This document shows, one piece after another, positions 49,607 to 64,000 of a stretch of 64,000 bases of DNA (position 1 is its first letter; each line of letters starts with the position of its first letter). Source of the DNA: Octopus sinensis (lineage: Eukaryota). The DNA lies in NCBI RefSeq assembly GCF_006345805.1, contig NC_043010.1, positions 61,690,001 to 61,754,000 of the forward strand, read 5' to 3'. Below the pieces are notes generated by a model. The model was not told where the DNA came from, searched no databases, and worked only from the letters and a program-made list of their open reading frames with translations. The position numbers and the translations under genes are program-made.

Positions 49607-50979
49607 CATACATATATATATATAAATATATATATATACACACACACATAAATATATAAACATAATAAACATGCAAAACAATACATATTTTATTACTGTT
49701 ATGTATAAAATATATATATATATATATATACATGGAAAGATGTATAGAAATATGCTTAAAATATATAAATATAATTTATATATATACATACATATGTGTG
49801 TTATATATATATGTATGCGTATATATGTGTGTGTGTGTGTATACATACATGCATATATATATATATCAATATTTATATATTTATAAATATTTAGATAGTA
49901 TATAAATATAGCACGTCTATAAATAATCTGTCTAGATATGAAATGTATAAAAATATAATCAGCTACATAAATAACATCAGCCATATAAATATATTATCAA
50001 TATAAATATATATATATACATAAGATCTGAAGATATATAAAAAAAATACCCCAACCGAAAATACAACATGGATTCCCAATATAACCCTTTCGCCACCATC
50101 GCCACTCATATTCTCTCCCACCACATTCCTCTCCCTCTCACCATTACCCGCTCTCACACCTCTCACTTGTTCACCCCACCCCACCCCACCGTAACTTTCT
50201 ACACCACATGTCTTCCTCTCTGTCTATCTCCCTTTTCCTCTATCATCACATGACTCCTTCTCCCTTCCTTTCTACCACCACCACCACATGTCTTTCTATC
50301 ACCCTCCCTTCCTTTCCACCACCACCACATCTCTCTCTCTCTCTCTTCTTTCTTTTTCACCCTCCTCGCTGTCTTTCACCGTCTCTTTCTGTCCACCACC
50401 ACCACCATCACCATCACCACACGTCTCTATCTCTCTTTCTATCTTCCTTCTTCTCCATCACCACATGTGTGTGTGTCTCTCTCTCTATCTTTCTTTCTCT
50501 CCATCACCACATCTCCCTCTCTCTCTTTCTCTCTTCCTCTGCGCCGTCGGCATCGCCCACACCATTATTCCTCACCCTTATTCGCATCTCCACCCCGTAA
50601 AAGAAAAAAAACAACAACAACCATACACAGAAGAAAAACGAAATAAAATAAAAAATAAAATTAAGCAAAGAAAATAATAAAAGAAACAAAAAATGAATGT
50701 CAGCAGACGAGAAGAAATGGAGGACGAAAGAGAGAGAGAAGGAGGAAGAGGAAGAGATGGAAAAGAAGAAGAAGAAGGAAAGGAAAGAGGGAGAGAAAAA
50801 CGATAACAACAACAAGGAGAACAAGAAGCCCCGCCAACAGGAGGGAAAAAATCGTATCAGTAAATAAAAACCTTAGGTTAGTAGGTAGGTCGGTGGTGTA
50901 TGGTGGTTGTTGTTGTTGTTTGTTTTTGTTTTTTGGTGAAGGTAGTAAGGTAGGTCGGTCCGTTCCAGTCCTCACTCGC

Positions 50980-53516
50980 TTTTGCCTTTTTTTGCCTCAT
51001 CTGCCTTGCCTTCCAACAAAACAGCTCGTCTGTCTGTGTGTCGTCGTCGCCGTCGTCGCTATCGTCATCGTCGTCATCATCATCATAATAATAATCATCA
51101 TCAACATCACTACCACCACACACGTTCCCCCCTCCCTTCTTTTTGTCGCCGTCGTCGCCTTCTTACTTTACACTTTCTCTGTCTCGCTTTATTTTTCTAC
51201 GTCTTTTTTTTCTTTTTTTTCCCCCCCTTCTCTTTCCCTATTTATTTCCTTTCTCTTTTTCTTCTTCACGTCTACGCCAGCCTCTCCCACCCTACCCCTT
51301 GCTTCGTTTTCTTTCTTTTCTCTCTCTCTGCCTTCGTCCTCTCCTTCTCCCCCCGCCCCCCACATCACGCCTTCCTATTCTTTATTTATCTTTTCTTTCT
51401 TTCCTTTTCATCCCTTCCCCTCTGCCTCTCGCTTTCTTATCTTTCCGTCTCCCCCCCTTTTCTTTTCTTTATCTCTTCCTATCCTTTTATTCAATTCTTT
51501 CTTTCTCCTCTTCTCCTTCTTCTTCCCTTCTTTTCTGTCTTTTTCGTCACCTTCACCGTTCTTTCCCTCACCTTCTACTTCCCTTTCTTCCTTTTTCCAT
51601 TCTCCTGTCTCTCTCTCTCTCTTTCCCCCCTTTCTCCCTCTATCCAACCCACCTATTTCTCCACATCCCCATCACCCTTTCCTCACGCTACTTCCGCCTG
51701 CAACGTCTGTCTCTTCCATTTTTTTACTTATCTTTTCACAGTTCTTTTCTCTATCACATTCTCCTGTCCTCATTATCCTTCCCCCTCATCTCCACCTCCA
51801 CCTTTCACTGCTTCTTCTTTTCTTTCCTCTCAACATCTTCTCCCCTATCCTTCCAATATTTCCTTTTACCTATATCTGTCTTTATTTATCTCCATTCCTC
51901 CATTAATCCCATGTTTCTATTTTCTCTCTTTATCCATTTCCCCTCCCCCTCCACTCTTTTTCTTCTCTTTCTTCTTTTTTTTCTCTTCTCCCACTTCTAT
52001 CTTCAGTTCTTCCTCTCCTCCTCCTCCAATTGTTTCTAACACATTTTTCTCTTATCTCTTTCTACTACCCTCCCCTCCACCACCACCACCACCACATTCT
52101 CTCTCTCTCTCTTTCTCTCCATCACCTTCCTTATCTATCCAAGTTTTCTTTACTCTTATCTCTTTTTTTTTTATTGACCTGTTTTCTCTTATTCTCTTCA
52201 CATTTAATTTAATCTCATTCTTTCTTCTCCATTTCTTCCACCTTCCTTTCATTTAGACATTTATTTCTTCTATTTTTAACGTTATCCCACTCTCTTTCTA
52301 CCAAATTGTCTCCTGCTTTCTCAATCTCTCTCTCTCTCTGTCTCTACTTCTCTTCTCTTCTCTTTTCTTTATCTTCCAATCTCTCTCTCTCTTACTCTCT
52401 TCTTTTCTTTCCTCTTCCTTTTGCTCTGCTATCTTTCTCTTGTAATTTGAACCAACTCGCCCTTCGCCCTTACCTTTGGTTTATCTCTTGTCACTCTCTT
52501 TCCCCCCCTTTCTCTCTCTTCCTCACTTTTCTCCCTCTCTCTTTCTCTCTCTCATCTCCTCCCATCCTCTCTCTATAGCTTGTAGTCTTTCTGCCCACCT
52601 TCATCACTCGTTTACCAAACGCCATATACACCAAGCCACATATATTCACAACCACTCTCGTCTGCTCTTACCAATTCCTCTCCCCATCGTCTGCATTCTT
52701 TCACCGTTGACCCCACCACCGCCGTCTCCATACTACTTATCTACCCTGCTTCTCCCTCCCCAACACTATACACTAAGCAGTTTGCTATGCCATTATTCTC
52801 CATCTTTCTCCTACGCTCTCTCTCTCTCCCACTCTCTCAATCTCTATCCTTCTTTCACTCACTCTCTCACTTCCACTCACTCTGCTTTCATAAAAGCCAT
52901 ATTGTTTATTTTAAATTACACACACACAATCCTCACTCTCTGATTTATACTCTCTATTAATACAATGTCAACTATTCCCTCTATCTTTAGAGCCATATAT
53001 ATTTATATACAAGTATTTTTTTTTCTCTTTCATTTTAAGCTTTGCCCTCTCTCCCTCTTACTCTCTCTATTTCACTCTCAGTTCATCTCTGATTCCTAGT
53101 CATTGAAATTCTATGCTTTCTTCCTCTTATTTCCACTACTAAACTTTTTTTTTTATTTTTCTCCTCCCCTTCTCTCTTTGCTTTTATTCTATCTTTCTCC
53201 ACTTCTGCCAGTGTCTGTTCCACCCCCTTCACTGTCACGCGTATCCCTCTCAACACACTCTCTCTCTCCTTCTCTTCTCCTCCCACATCATCCATCCATT
53301 TCTCACATGACCGTCTCTTTATTTCTTTTACTCCCTCCTTTTCTTTTTCTCTCTCCTACTCCGGTCTATTTTCCCCCTCTTTTCTCCTCTCACTACCACT
53401 ATTTTATCTTTCTGTCTCTATCTATAACCTTTCTAAAACCTCTCACTCCGTCTACTCTACCTTTTCTTTTAATTCTCTTTCTCTCTCCCGCTATCTCTCT
53501 CACTCTCTCTCTCCCG

Positions 53517-53555
<39 letters not shown>

Positions 53556-53930
53556 CATACACATACATGCACACACACACATATATATATATTCCTTTTT
53601 CACGATTATATTTCTCCCAACACTTTGCCCTTAAACACTCCCCCTCTCTCTATACTATCTCTCTTTCTCTCTTTACCTACCCTTTACCCCCCCATCTGTC
53701 TACCAATCTATATCTTTAAGCACTATCTTCCCCCTCTCTCTCTAGCTTTATCCTCTCTACTCTCTTCCACACTCTTCGCCTTTCTCCGTTCTTCTCTCTC
53801 CTACCTGCCTCCCACTTCCTCTAATTTCCTTTCGTTCTTCCCACCTGCGCCTCCCCCTCTCTCTACTCTCCCTTACTCTCACCACGCACGCTCAGTTATT
53901 TCTCATTGTCTCTCAATCTTTCAGACGGGT
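50980..53930. repeat. About 3-kb polypyrimidine (CT-rich) low-complexity tract
   Basis: The plus strand is almost entirely C/T, which explains the F/S/L/P pseudo-ORFs. Confidence 0.9.
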
Positions 53931-54148
53931 CTTGTGTATGTATATGTGTGTATGTGCGTGTGTATGTCTAACCACACACACACACACAGGCACACACACG
54001 CACGCGCACGCACACACACACATAAACGCATATACCTACACACACAAATACATACAAAGACACGCGCGCGCTCGTACGCACGCTCACCCACAACCATATA
54101 TACACAGCCTTCACAACAGCTACTCCTGCTACTACCACCACCACCACC

Positions 54149-54199
<51 letters not shown>

Positions 54200-54479
54200 G
54201 CTGCTGCTACTGATGACCAGGTTTGTTATTAATTACTATAACCGTTATATTAGTAGTAGTATTTTTCATTTTATTATTGTTGTTGTTATTATTATTATTA
54301 TTATCATGTATCCCCCCCCTGCTGTTCGTGTTGTTGTTGTTGGTATTGTAATTCATCTTTCTATCGCTCTACTGGCCCGATTCCATGTCGTTTTGGTGAG
54401 GTGGGGGACACACGCACACACACACACATACTCACACACACACACACACGCATATACATATATACATATACATCATATG

Positions 54480-54764
54480 CATATACATTACCATACACAC
54501 ACACACACATATGTGCATGTTTATATATATATATATATACACATATATATATACATATACACATATACACATATATATAAATATATATATATATATATGT
54601 ATACAAAGATATATAAATATATATGTAAATTATGTATGCTCTGAAGCACACAAAAATACATATATACATATATGCATATATATGTATATATATATATATA
54701 TACATATACATATAATATATATATTTATATATATGTACATATATATATATATTTATATATATGT

Positions 54765-54819
<55 letters not shown>

Positions 54820-54867
54820 AATATATATATATATACATATAAATATATATATATATAAATATATATA

Positions 54868-54899
<32 letters not shown>

Positions 54900-55225
54900 G
54901 CTCTGAATATATGCATATGTACGTGTCTGAATATATGTGTGTGTATGTACATATATATATTTGTATGTATGTGTGTATATATATATATATGTATATACAC
55001 ACATATGTATATATATATTGTATATATGTGTGTATGTAAAAATATTTAGGCTTGTAAATATATGCGTGCACATATATATTCATATATATGTATACATTTG
55101 TATATGTATATATGTATGTAGGCACGTACGTATATGCTGATGGTTGTAACGAACTGACTCAGACACACATACATACGCACTGACATATGTACACATAACT
55201 AAACAAGCACATATGTGTTTACATA

Positions 55226-55257
<32 letters not shown>

Positions 55258-55389
55258 ATTCACACATATATAAATATATATATATATATATATTCATCAC
55301 ACACACATATATATATATATTCACACACATATATAAATATATATATTCACATACATATAAACATATATATATGTATATATGGATATATT

Positions 55390-55420
<31 letters not shown>

Positions 55421-55468
55421 CATACATATAAATATATATATATATATACATATAAACATATATATATG

Positions 55469-55520
<52 letters not shown>

Positions 55521-55900
55521 TCAGACATATAAATATACATATATATATTAACATACACGCATATAAACATATATATATATATATATGTATATGTTCACAC
55601 ATATATAAATATATACACACATAAAAGATTAAAAGAAATAAAGCATAAAGGCAAATAAATAAAACATATGTAAATATATACCCCCCTCACATTCACACAC
55701 ACACACACACAACATACATAGATATACATTTATATATATATATGTATATGGATATATGTGCATGTACATACATATGTATAATCTCACATATATGTACATT
55801 TTTGTATATATGTGTATATGCGCACATACATTCCATATATATGCATATATATATATATATAGATTTAAATGTATATACATATGTGTGGGTAGGTATAGCC

Positions 55901-55953
<53 letters not shown>

Positions 55954-56097
55954 CACATATATATATACATACACACATATATATATACACACATATATAT
56001 ATATACACACATATATAATATATCACACATACCCAATATATATACACACACAATATATATATATATTATATATTATATATGTATATATATAATAATA

Positions 56098-56135
<38 letters not shown>

Positions 56136-56386
56136 CACACACATTTAAAAATATATATGTATATATATATATATACATACATTTGTGTATATACTTATAT
56201 ATATTTATTACGTTTGTATATACAGAGATATATATATGCATATATATATATGTATACACAGATATATGTGTGTATATATATATATTTATTATATATATAT
56301 ACATATATACATATATATTATATATATATATATACATACATATACATATATATATGTATTTATACATATGTATTTATATATACATA

Positions 56387-56460
<74 letters not shown>
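54480..56460. repeat. About 2-kb degenerate (TA)n array
   Basis: Read directly from the sequence. Confidence 0.95.
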
Positions 56461-57946
56461 AGACAACAGACAGCTACATTTATTCAGTCATATATTTATT
56501 ACTGACTTCCAGACACCACCATCAGAGAGAGTCGGTGTGCGTGTTGAGGCAGTGTCCAGATTGGCTCGTCGTTTCGAAATCTCACCGCACACACACACTT
56601 CCAAGTGGCTGCCAGAATAACTGCCGAATGTCCAACAGCCATCGCTAACCATCCATTCTCATTACTATCATCATTAGTTCTGATTGCAGTTGATGTTGTG
56701 ATTGTTGTAAGAGTAACCCTTCCAGAGAATGAGAGAGAGACCCATACACACACACACGCATTCATCAAGGTCTGCATCTCCCGTGTTACATTACATCACA
56801 CACACATGCACGCACGCACACACACACATAGATACATATAAGCACATAGACACACGCACACCCACAGATACGTACAGACAGAGACACCCAAAGACGTATG
56901 CACACTGCTGTACATAGTGACACATAGAGCCACTCAGAGGCGTTCAGATACACAGCTACATGTAGATACATAGGCACACGTAGCCATAGAGCCACACACA
57001 CGCACACATAGGCCATTATAGACTGCACTACAACCAGAACATACGGCTACCACTCGCAGTGCACCGCCGCCACCACCGCCACCATCATCATTACTACCAT
57101 CACCATCGGGCACCCGCCGCCCGCCGCCCCGTCCTTGCCTCTGCTCCTATCCTCCGTCGTCTAATACTTGCTCTTCTTTCTACTCTGCTCCATGACTCTC
57201 TGTCGCTAAATGTCTGTCTGTCTGTCTCCCTGTGAAACTCTTCTTCTTCTTATCTATGTCTCCTCCATGCACGGGCGAGAATCTGAAGGCCGGCCTCTTT
57301 AGCCAGCACCACATTTTTACACGGGTAAAATTCCAACCATGGGTTCCTGGCCGTTTTTGTCGTCAACCGTTTCAATCGGTAAGATTACCATATAAGAAAA
57401 AATATATACCACATTAAATTAATAATAATGATAATGATAATAATAATAACGATCATCATCATCATCATAATGATAATTATATTAATTTAGCGCACCTTGC
57501 CTCTTTTTCTGAGTGATTAATTAATTGTATTCTCTATGTATTGTGCCAGAACCATCATATACATCCATTCATATATATACACACTCACATATATAAATAT
57601 ATATATATATATATCTGTATCTATATGCATATATATACTTCTACACGTTTATATATAGATATATTTACAAATATGTACAGGTGTACATATATATACATAC
57701 ACATGTATGTGTGTGTGTGCGTGTGTATGTATACATACGTTATATTTATACCAGAGGTATATCTATTCTATATATGGAATGTGGCAAGTGTTCTGGGCCA
57801 GTGTTTATATAGGTTGTATAATATTTGTGTATATTGTAAGAAGCATGTTTCTTACTGTAAATACAAGCGATCTCTGTCTATCACTATATATATATAATAC
57901 ACAATCTATGTTTATATATATATATATATTTATACATAGTCTATAT

Positions 57947-57982
<36 letters not shown>

Positions 57983-58023
57983 CATAATGTTGTGTATATA
58001 TATATATATATACATAGGCTATG

Positions 58024-58059
<36 letters not shown>

Positions 58060-58108
58060 CATAATGTTTATATATAATATATATACATAGGCTATGTTAT
58101 ATATATAT

Positions 58109-58155
<47 letters not shown>

Positions 58156-59109
58156 CTTGCTTTATGTTAAGTTTATTGATCATTTCTCAGTCTATATATA
58201 CACGTATATACACACAGACACATTACACGTCTTACCGACGTCGTTTGCCAGTGTGTATAGAGAGAGATTCATGATATAAGAAGAGCTAGATGTGCCATGG
58301 TCGAGAGAGATACCAGACATTTCGAAACGGGCTTCCCTTTTTCCGTCCATTCCTTTCTCCACGTCTCTTACCAAGTTCCCACTTCTGTCCCAACAATCTA
58401 CCATTTTTACACTTCCATAATTAATTACATTTTCACCAGTTGGAGCAATCTCTTGTAATATGGCTTGTGTATTTTCTCTTGAATTATCTATCTATCTATC
58501 CCCAACTCAACCATTTGATAGCCGCCACCTTCATGACAAACCATTACACCTCAACTAATATTATTATCACTATTGCTATAACTACAACCACTACTACTAT
58601 TACTACTACTAATAATAATAGTCACCATGGCTCTTTTACCAGTACCAGCTTGGTTTATGAGACGTTGCTTTTGTAGTTGTTTCATAAACGATCGTCTCGG
58701 GGGTCTCTCTTTGTATAAATAATGTATATATATGCTTGTCGCTAATTAAGGTGACATCCCTCCCTCCCCACTTTACTTCGTCTCTTTGCCACCTGTCTGA
58801 TCATTGCGGTTGTGATGGTGATGATAACCCTTATATATTTCCCCTCTTATATATATATACATATATACATACGATATACATATATACATAACACACACAC
58901 ACATATATATTTATACACTATGTATATATATTAAATATATGTGTGTATTTACATACATTATATATATATAATATATATATATATACATACATACATACAT
59001 ACATACATGTATGTTTATACGATGTCTCTCTTTCTTACATACATATATAAACAAAAACTATATTTATATACGCGTTTATTATTTATTGACCATTTCTACA
59101 CTATAAAAA

Positions 59110-59184
<75 letters not shown>

Positions 59185-59440
59185 CACCTATATAATTCTC
59201 TCATGGTAGGATGTAAATACTATATATATGTATATACACTATATACGTGTGTGTACAATTTATAAAATACACTATATATACATACTATACAAGCCGCTTT
59301 TACACTACATATATGTATATATATGTACACATACCATATATATACATACTATGTGTAAGCCGTATTTATACAATATATGTATATATACTTCGTATACACT
59401 GTAATCTGTTATTTACACTATATATGTGTGCGTGTATATG

Positions 59441-59487
<47 letters not shown>

Positions 59488-62271
59488 CGATCTTCTCTAT
59501 TCTCTGCTCCTATTGTTGTTATGTCACTAATTAACGGTTGTAGTACTTTTTAGACAGACCGCCGTGACAGAAGAGCAAACGGGTACCTTGTCAGCATCAT
59601 CATTATTATTACTATTATACGAGATTTAATGAAGAAAAGCCCGCCATAGCCACTAATAATCATCACCCCTTCTATGTTTCTGTCTCTTTCCTCACCTAAT
59701 GGACAAGAATTCCTTTTAATGGACCAGAATTCCTCCTCTATATACTCACATAACACAACACTTTCGGGTCTGGTCTGCCATCCGCCAGTCTACTTTCTCA
59801 CTCACACACAAACCGACACACCCTGAGATTTGCCTCAACGTACCCAGACATCTATTTTTCAATTTATACAGCTGTCTATTTTATTATTAGCTACTAGACT
59901 GAAAGTAATATACACATAGACAGAGACCATATATACCCGTAATTTTATACACACACGTTCAATTATTTCTACACTAAACACACCATAATGTATGTGCGTG
60001 TGTATAGAGTGTGTGAGGTATATAAATAATTGAATGTGTATGTGTATGAATCTACGGGTATATATCGTCTCTCGTATAGAACATATAATGTTATAATTTA
60101 GTATGTAAATCCACGTATTTATATATGTGTGCACATGAGAGTAGAACGAAGTGTATATAAACATGTGTAATATATAAACACACGCACAAGTAGTCTATAA
60201 ATAAAAACTGCCCAACTATGTGTGTGTGTGTGTGTGTGTATAACGTGTTTCGGTGTTGTGTATTGATAGCATATAAAATTGTGTATATTTTCACTCTATG
60301 TGTGTGTATAATGTATTTTAGTATTGTGTACACTCAGGACTAGATAAGATAAAGCTACTAAAGATAAACTTTAGTCCTCCGATGTTTAAATCATCACGAA
60401 TGGTTAAGTGTTATCAAGGAAATCAAGCCATAGAATTGTCATTGTACAGCTGTGTCTAACTTCTCGGTACACGCGCGCGCCTGTATATATATGTATATAT
60501 ATGTATGTGTAATATGCCCACTGTGTGTGCGTGTACTCGGCTGTGTATATATTGTGTATAAACATGCCTTTAATTACATGTAATTTCGTGTGTCAGTATT
60601 TGTTGGCATGTCTGTATGCGTGTGTAGATTGTGTATATAAAGTCTAGTTTATATGCATATTGGACGTTGTATTTTAGTATGGCTTTTATGAGTATGTGTG
60701 TGTATACACATACAGAAAGAAATATGTATGTATATATATATATATATTCATGTATCTATAGCTACGTACGGGTGTGTGTGTGTGTCATAGATACCAGGAT
60801 GGGACCTGCTTATCTTTCGTTCCTGGGTGTGATGCAAGTAAAAAGTAAATTGCCCCCTGGCTAGGACGGCAGCCTATCACGGCTAACGTCTCTCATATGA
60901 TCTGGTACCGACTCCTAAAAGCTACATAAATTAGCATGCGAAATAAAGTGTTCTGCTCAAAATCTCAACAAAATGCCTGCAACTTATTTGAACTCGTAAT
61001 TTAACAGTGCAGTCAGTCGCTTTCTTATCACCAACTTGGTTGTCTTTATATGTATACCTACACACGAGCTACAATCGTCATGCCAGCATTATTAGCCCCT
61101 TGGCAAATCAATCGCTGGGTCCTTTTTATTGACAGCAAGCCACAACATGCAAAAATCAGAATTGGGTCCCTAGACTCAAGAGGCCCTCTGGGGAAGCTGT
61201 CCAGCGTGCACATAGCACAAGGCTGCCCTGGCACATGCATAGATATATAAATAGATGGGGAGTTTCTGTTTTTTTAATATGGAGGGAAGAACCGTTGTCT
61301 TGAACCTTTTCAGGGCCCCTGACAGTTGGGAGGAAATGAAGGAGGTATCATTAAATGTAAGCCCTGGTCTGAGTGCTTGCAACAGGGTCAACTCTACTTA
61401 AAGTCCCCCAAGGCACCCAGTAGTGGTGACACTCATTTAAAACAATCACATAATGTCAGCATAAACAGGCACAAACAAATGCACACACAAACATATACAT
61501 GTGCGAAGGGCTTCTTTAAATTTCTGTTTACCAAATTTACTAACAAGGCCTTGGGCTTATAGTAGATGACACTTGCCCATGGGTTCACACAATGGGACTG
61601 AAACTAAAACCACATGGTTCATCATCATCATCGTTTAATGTCCGTTTTCCATGCTAGCATAGATTGGATGGTTCGACTGGAGTCTGGGAAGCCAGGAGGC
61701 TGCACCAGGCTCCAGTCTGATCTGGCAGAGTTTCTACAGCTGGATGCCCTTCCTGACGCCAACCACTCCGTGAGTGTCGTGGGTGCTTTTTACATGCCAC
61801 TGGCACAGGTGCCAGGCGAGGCTGGCAAACGGCCATGATCAGTTGGTGCTTTTTACATGCCACCGACACAGACACCAGTTAGGCGGTGCTGGTATCAGCC
61901 ACGTTCAGATGGTGCTTTTTACGTGCCACCGGCACAGGCATCATAACTACAACTTGCCACCGGCACGGGTGGGAAGGGAAATTCTTAACTACAGAGCCAT
62001 GCATGAGAGAGAGAGAGAGATACTTATATATACCAAGAGGAGATTGGGAAAAAAAATTTTGGTGTTATCTATTCACCATTACACATGTTTCATTTGCTAA
62101 TAGGAATCACAAAATTGTACATGTAGGAGAAACATGTAAGATATCTCCAAATAGAAATTCTTCAGACAGAAAATCTAATAATACCAAGCATTTTTTCCCA
62201 ATTTCCTCTTCCCCAATATTTTCAACTCTTCTGCATTCCTCACACGAATATAACATCCACATACACATATA

Positions 62272-62447
62272 GGCGCAGGAGTGGCTGTGTGGTAAGTAGC
62301 TTGCTTACCAACCACATGGTTCTGGGTTCAGTCCCACTGCATGGTATCTTGGGCAAGTGTCTTCTGCTATAGCCCCGGGCCGACCAATGCCTTGTGAGTG
62401 GATTTGGTAGACGGAAACTGAAAGAAGCCTGTCGTATATATGTATAT

Positions 62448-62494
<47 letters not shown>

Positions 62495-62710
62495 TTATAT
62501 GTGTGTGTTTGTGTGTCTGTGTTTGGCCCCCCTAGCATTGCTTGACAACCAATGCTGGTGTGTTTACATCCCCGTCACTTAGCGGTTCGGCAAAAGAGAC
62601 CGATAGAATAAGTACTGGGCTTACAAAGAATAAGTCCTGGGGTCGATTTGCTCGACTAAAGGCGGTGCTCCAGCATGGCCGCAGTCAAATGACTGAAACA
62701 AGTAAAAGAG
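62272..62710 (+). mobile_element. SINE S1, full length and young
   Basis: The head-to-tail sequence is complete and most CpGs are retained. Confidence 0.93.
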
Positions 62711-62976
62711 TATACAAGTTTGAAGTACTGGAATGAGCAAACATGCTTTCAGGGGACACAGCTTGGACTCTATCTTCATAATACTTTATTATGTATTAAT
62801 TTCTGTGTAAATAGTTGCATATTGTAAGGCTGTGTGTGTAGATGTATATGGTGTGGATGCAGGTGTAGCAGAGTGGTTAAAAAATCAATTTGCACTCAGA
62901 TGGCCCGGCAGTGGGTTCAATCCCAGTGCTTGGCATTTTGGTCAAATGTCTTTTACCATATTCTTGCAATTATCCA

Positions 62977-63410
62977 AGGGCAGTGAGCTGGCAGAAACGT
63001 TAGCACACCAGGCGAAATACTTATCGGTATTTCGTCTGCCGCTACGTTCTGAGTTCAAATTCTGCTGAGGTCGACTTTGCCTTTCATCCTTTTGGGGTTG
63101 ATTAAATAAGTACCAGTTACACACTGGGGTCGATATAATCGACTTAATCCGTTTGTCTGTCCTTGTTTGTCCCCTCTGTGTTTCGCCCCTTGTGGGTAGT
63201 AAAGATATAAGAAACATTAGCACACCGGGTGAAATGCTTAGCAGTATTTTGTCTGACTTTATGTTGTGAGTTCAAATTCCACCGAGGTCGACTTTACCTT
63301 TCATCCTTTCGGTGTTGATAAATTAAGTACCAGTCGCGTACTGGGGTCAATTTAATCAACAGGCACCCCCACCCCCAAAAAATTTCGGGCCATGTGCCCA
63401 GAGTGGAAAA
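62977..63410 (+). mobile_element. SINE S2 dimer
   Basis: Two cores are joined at 'gtagtaaagatataagaaacattagcac'. Confidence 0.88.
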
Positions 63411-63562
63411 GATTAGATGGATAAAAACAATGAAAGTTTGTCAAATAGACTGTACCTGTCACAACAGACTTGCCACACACTCCATCACTGATTCTGCTTG
63501 AAAATTTCATTTATGACATATATGTGTATGTGGAGTACTCAGCCAGTTATATGCTAATTCAC

Positions 63563-63930
63563 TTCTACCCACATTAGCCAGACTCTTCATCTTTCTACCC
63601 ACCTCACTAGACTCTTCATCTCTCTACTCCTCTACTCACCATAGCCAGACAGACTCCTCAACTTTCTACTCACAATAGACCCCTAATTTCTCTACCCAAC
63701 TTAGCTAGACTCCTCCCCGTTTCTCCCCACTTTAGCCAGACTCTTCATCTTTCTACCCACCTCACTAGACTCTTCATCTCTCTACTCCTCTACTCACCAC
63801 AGCCAGACAGACTCCTCAACTTTCTACCCACAATCGACTCCTAATCCCTCTACCCACCTTAACTAGACCCCTAATCTCTCTATCCAACTTAGCCAGACTC
63901 TTATCCCCTTCCCCTCCATCTTAGCTAAGC
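63563..63930. repeat. About 29-bp minisatellite with a 158-bp higher-order repeat
   Basis: The block 'agccagactcttcatctttctacccacctcactagactc' starts at 63576 and 63734. Confidence 0.9.
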
Positions 63931-64000
63931 TTCTCATCTTTACACCCATCTCATTATAACCCCTTCACTCTTAATTACTTCGACAGTACCCCTATTTTTT

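Noticed and set aside
50893-54644. Long ORFs of 298-513 aa
   Set aside because: They are translations of CT-rich and TA/CA tracts, in which stop codons are rare by composition. There is no domain content.
57246-57377. Plus-strand ATG-to-donor segment (MSPPCTGENLK...)
   Set aside because: There is no recognisable homology, and such ATG/GT pairs occur by chance.

Overview
Eukaryotic, repeat-dense non-coding DNA with no long credible coding exon; the long ORFs in the track are translations of microsatellites and polypyrimidine tracts. The SINE families and TA/CA/GATA microsatellite load look like an octopus genome; this is recalled from familiarity and was not checked against a database. The window holds dozens of tRNA-derived SINEs of about five families, RTE-LINE and HERO/NeSL-like RT remnants, mariner, hAT, piggyBac-type and Helentron-type non-autonomous DNA elements, minisatellites and a 1.14-kb tandem duplication. 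The most striking theme is a set of Penelope-like element (PLE) tails carrying minimal hammerhead ribozyme motifs, often in inverted arrangements. These include (i) a 3.9-kb PLE 3' region at 19.25-23.13 kb, with an intact hammerhead and a fold-back whose arms differ mostly by transitions biased toward G-U pairing on the minus strand, and (ii) a tRNA-head SINE fused to a hammerhead-bearing tail at 45.37-45.72 kb. A few weak minus-strand exon candidates and a roughly 11-kb SINE-free, CpG-retaining block at 49.5-60.8 kb hint at a gene or regulatory locus. All alignments were done by eye, and many boundaries are approximate.
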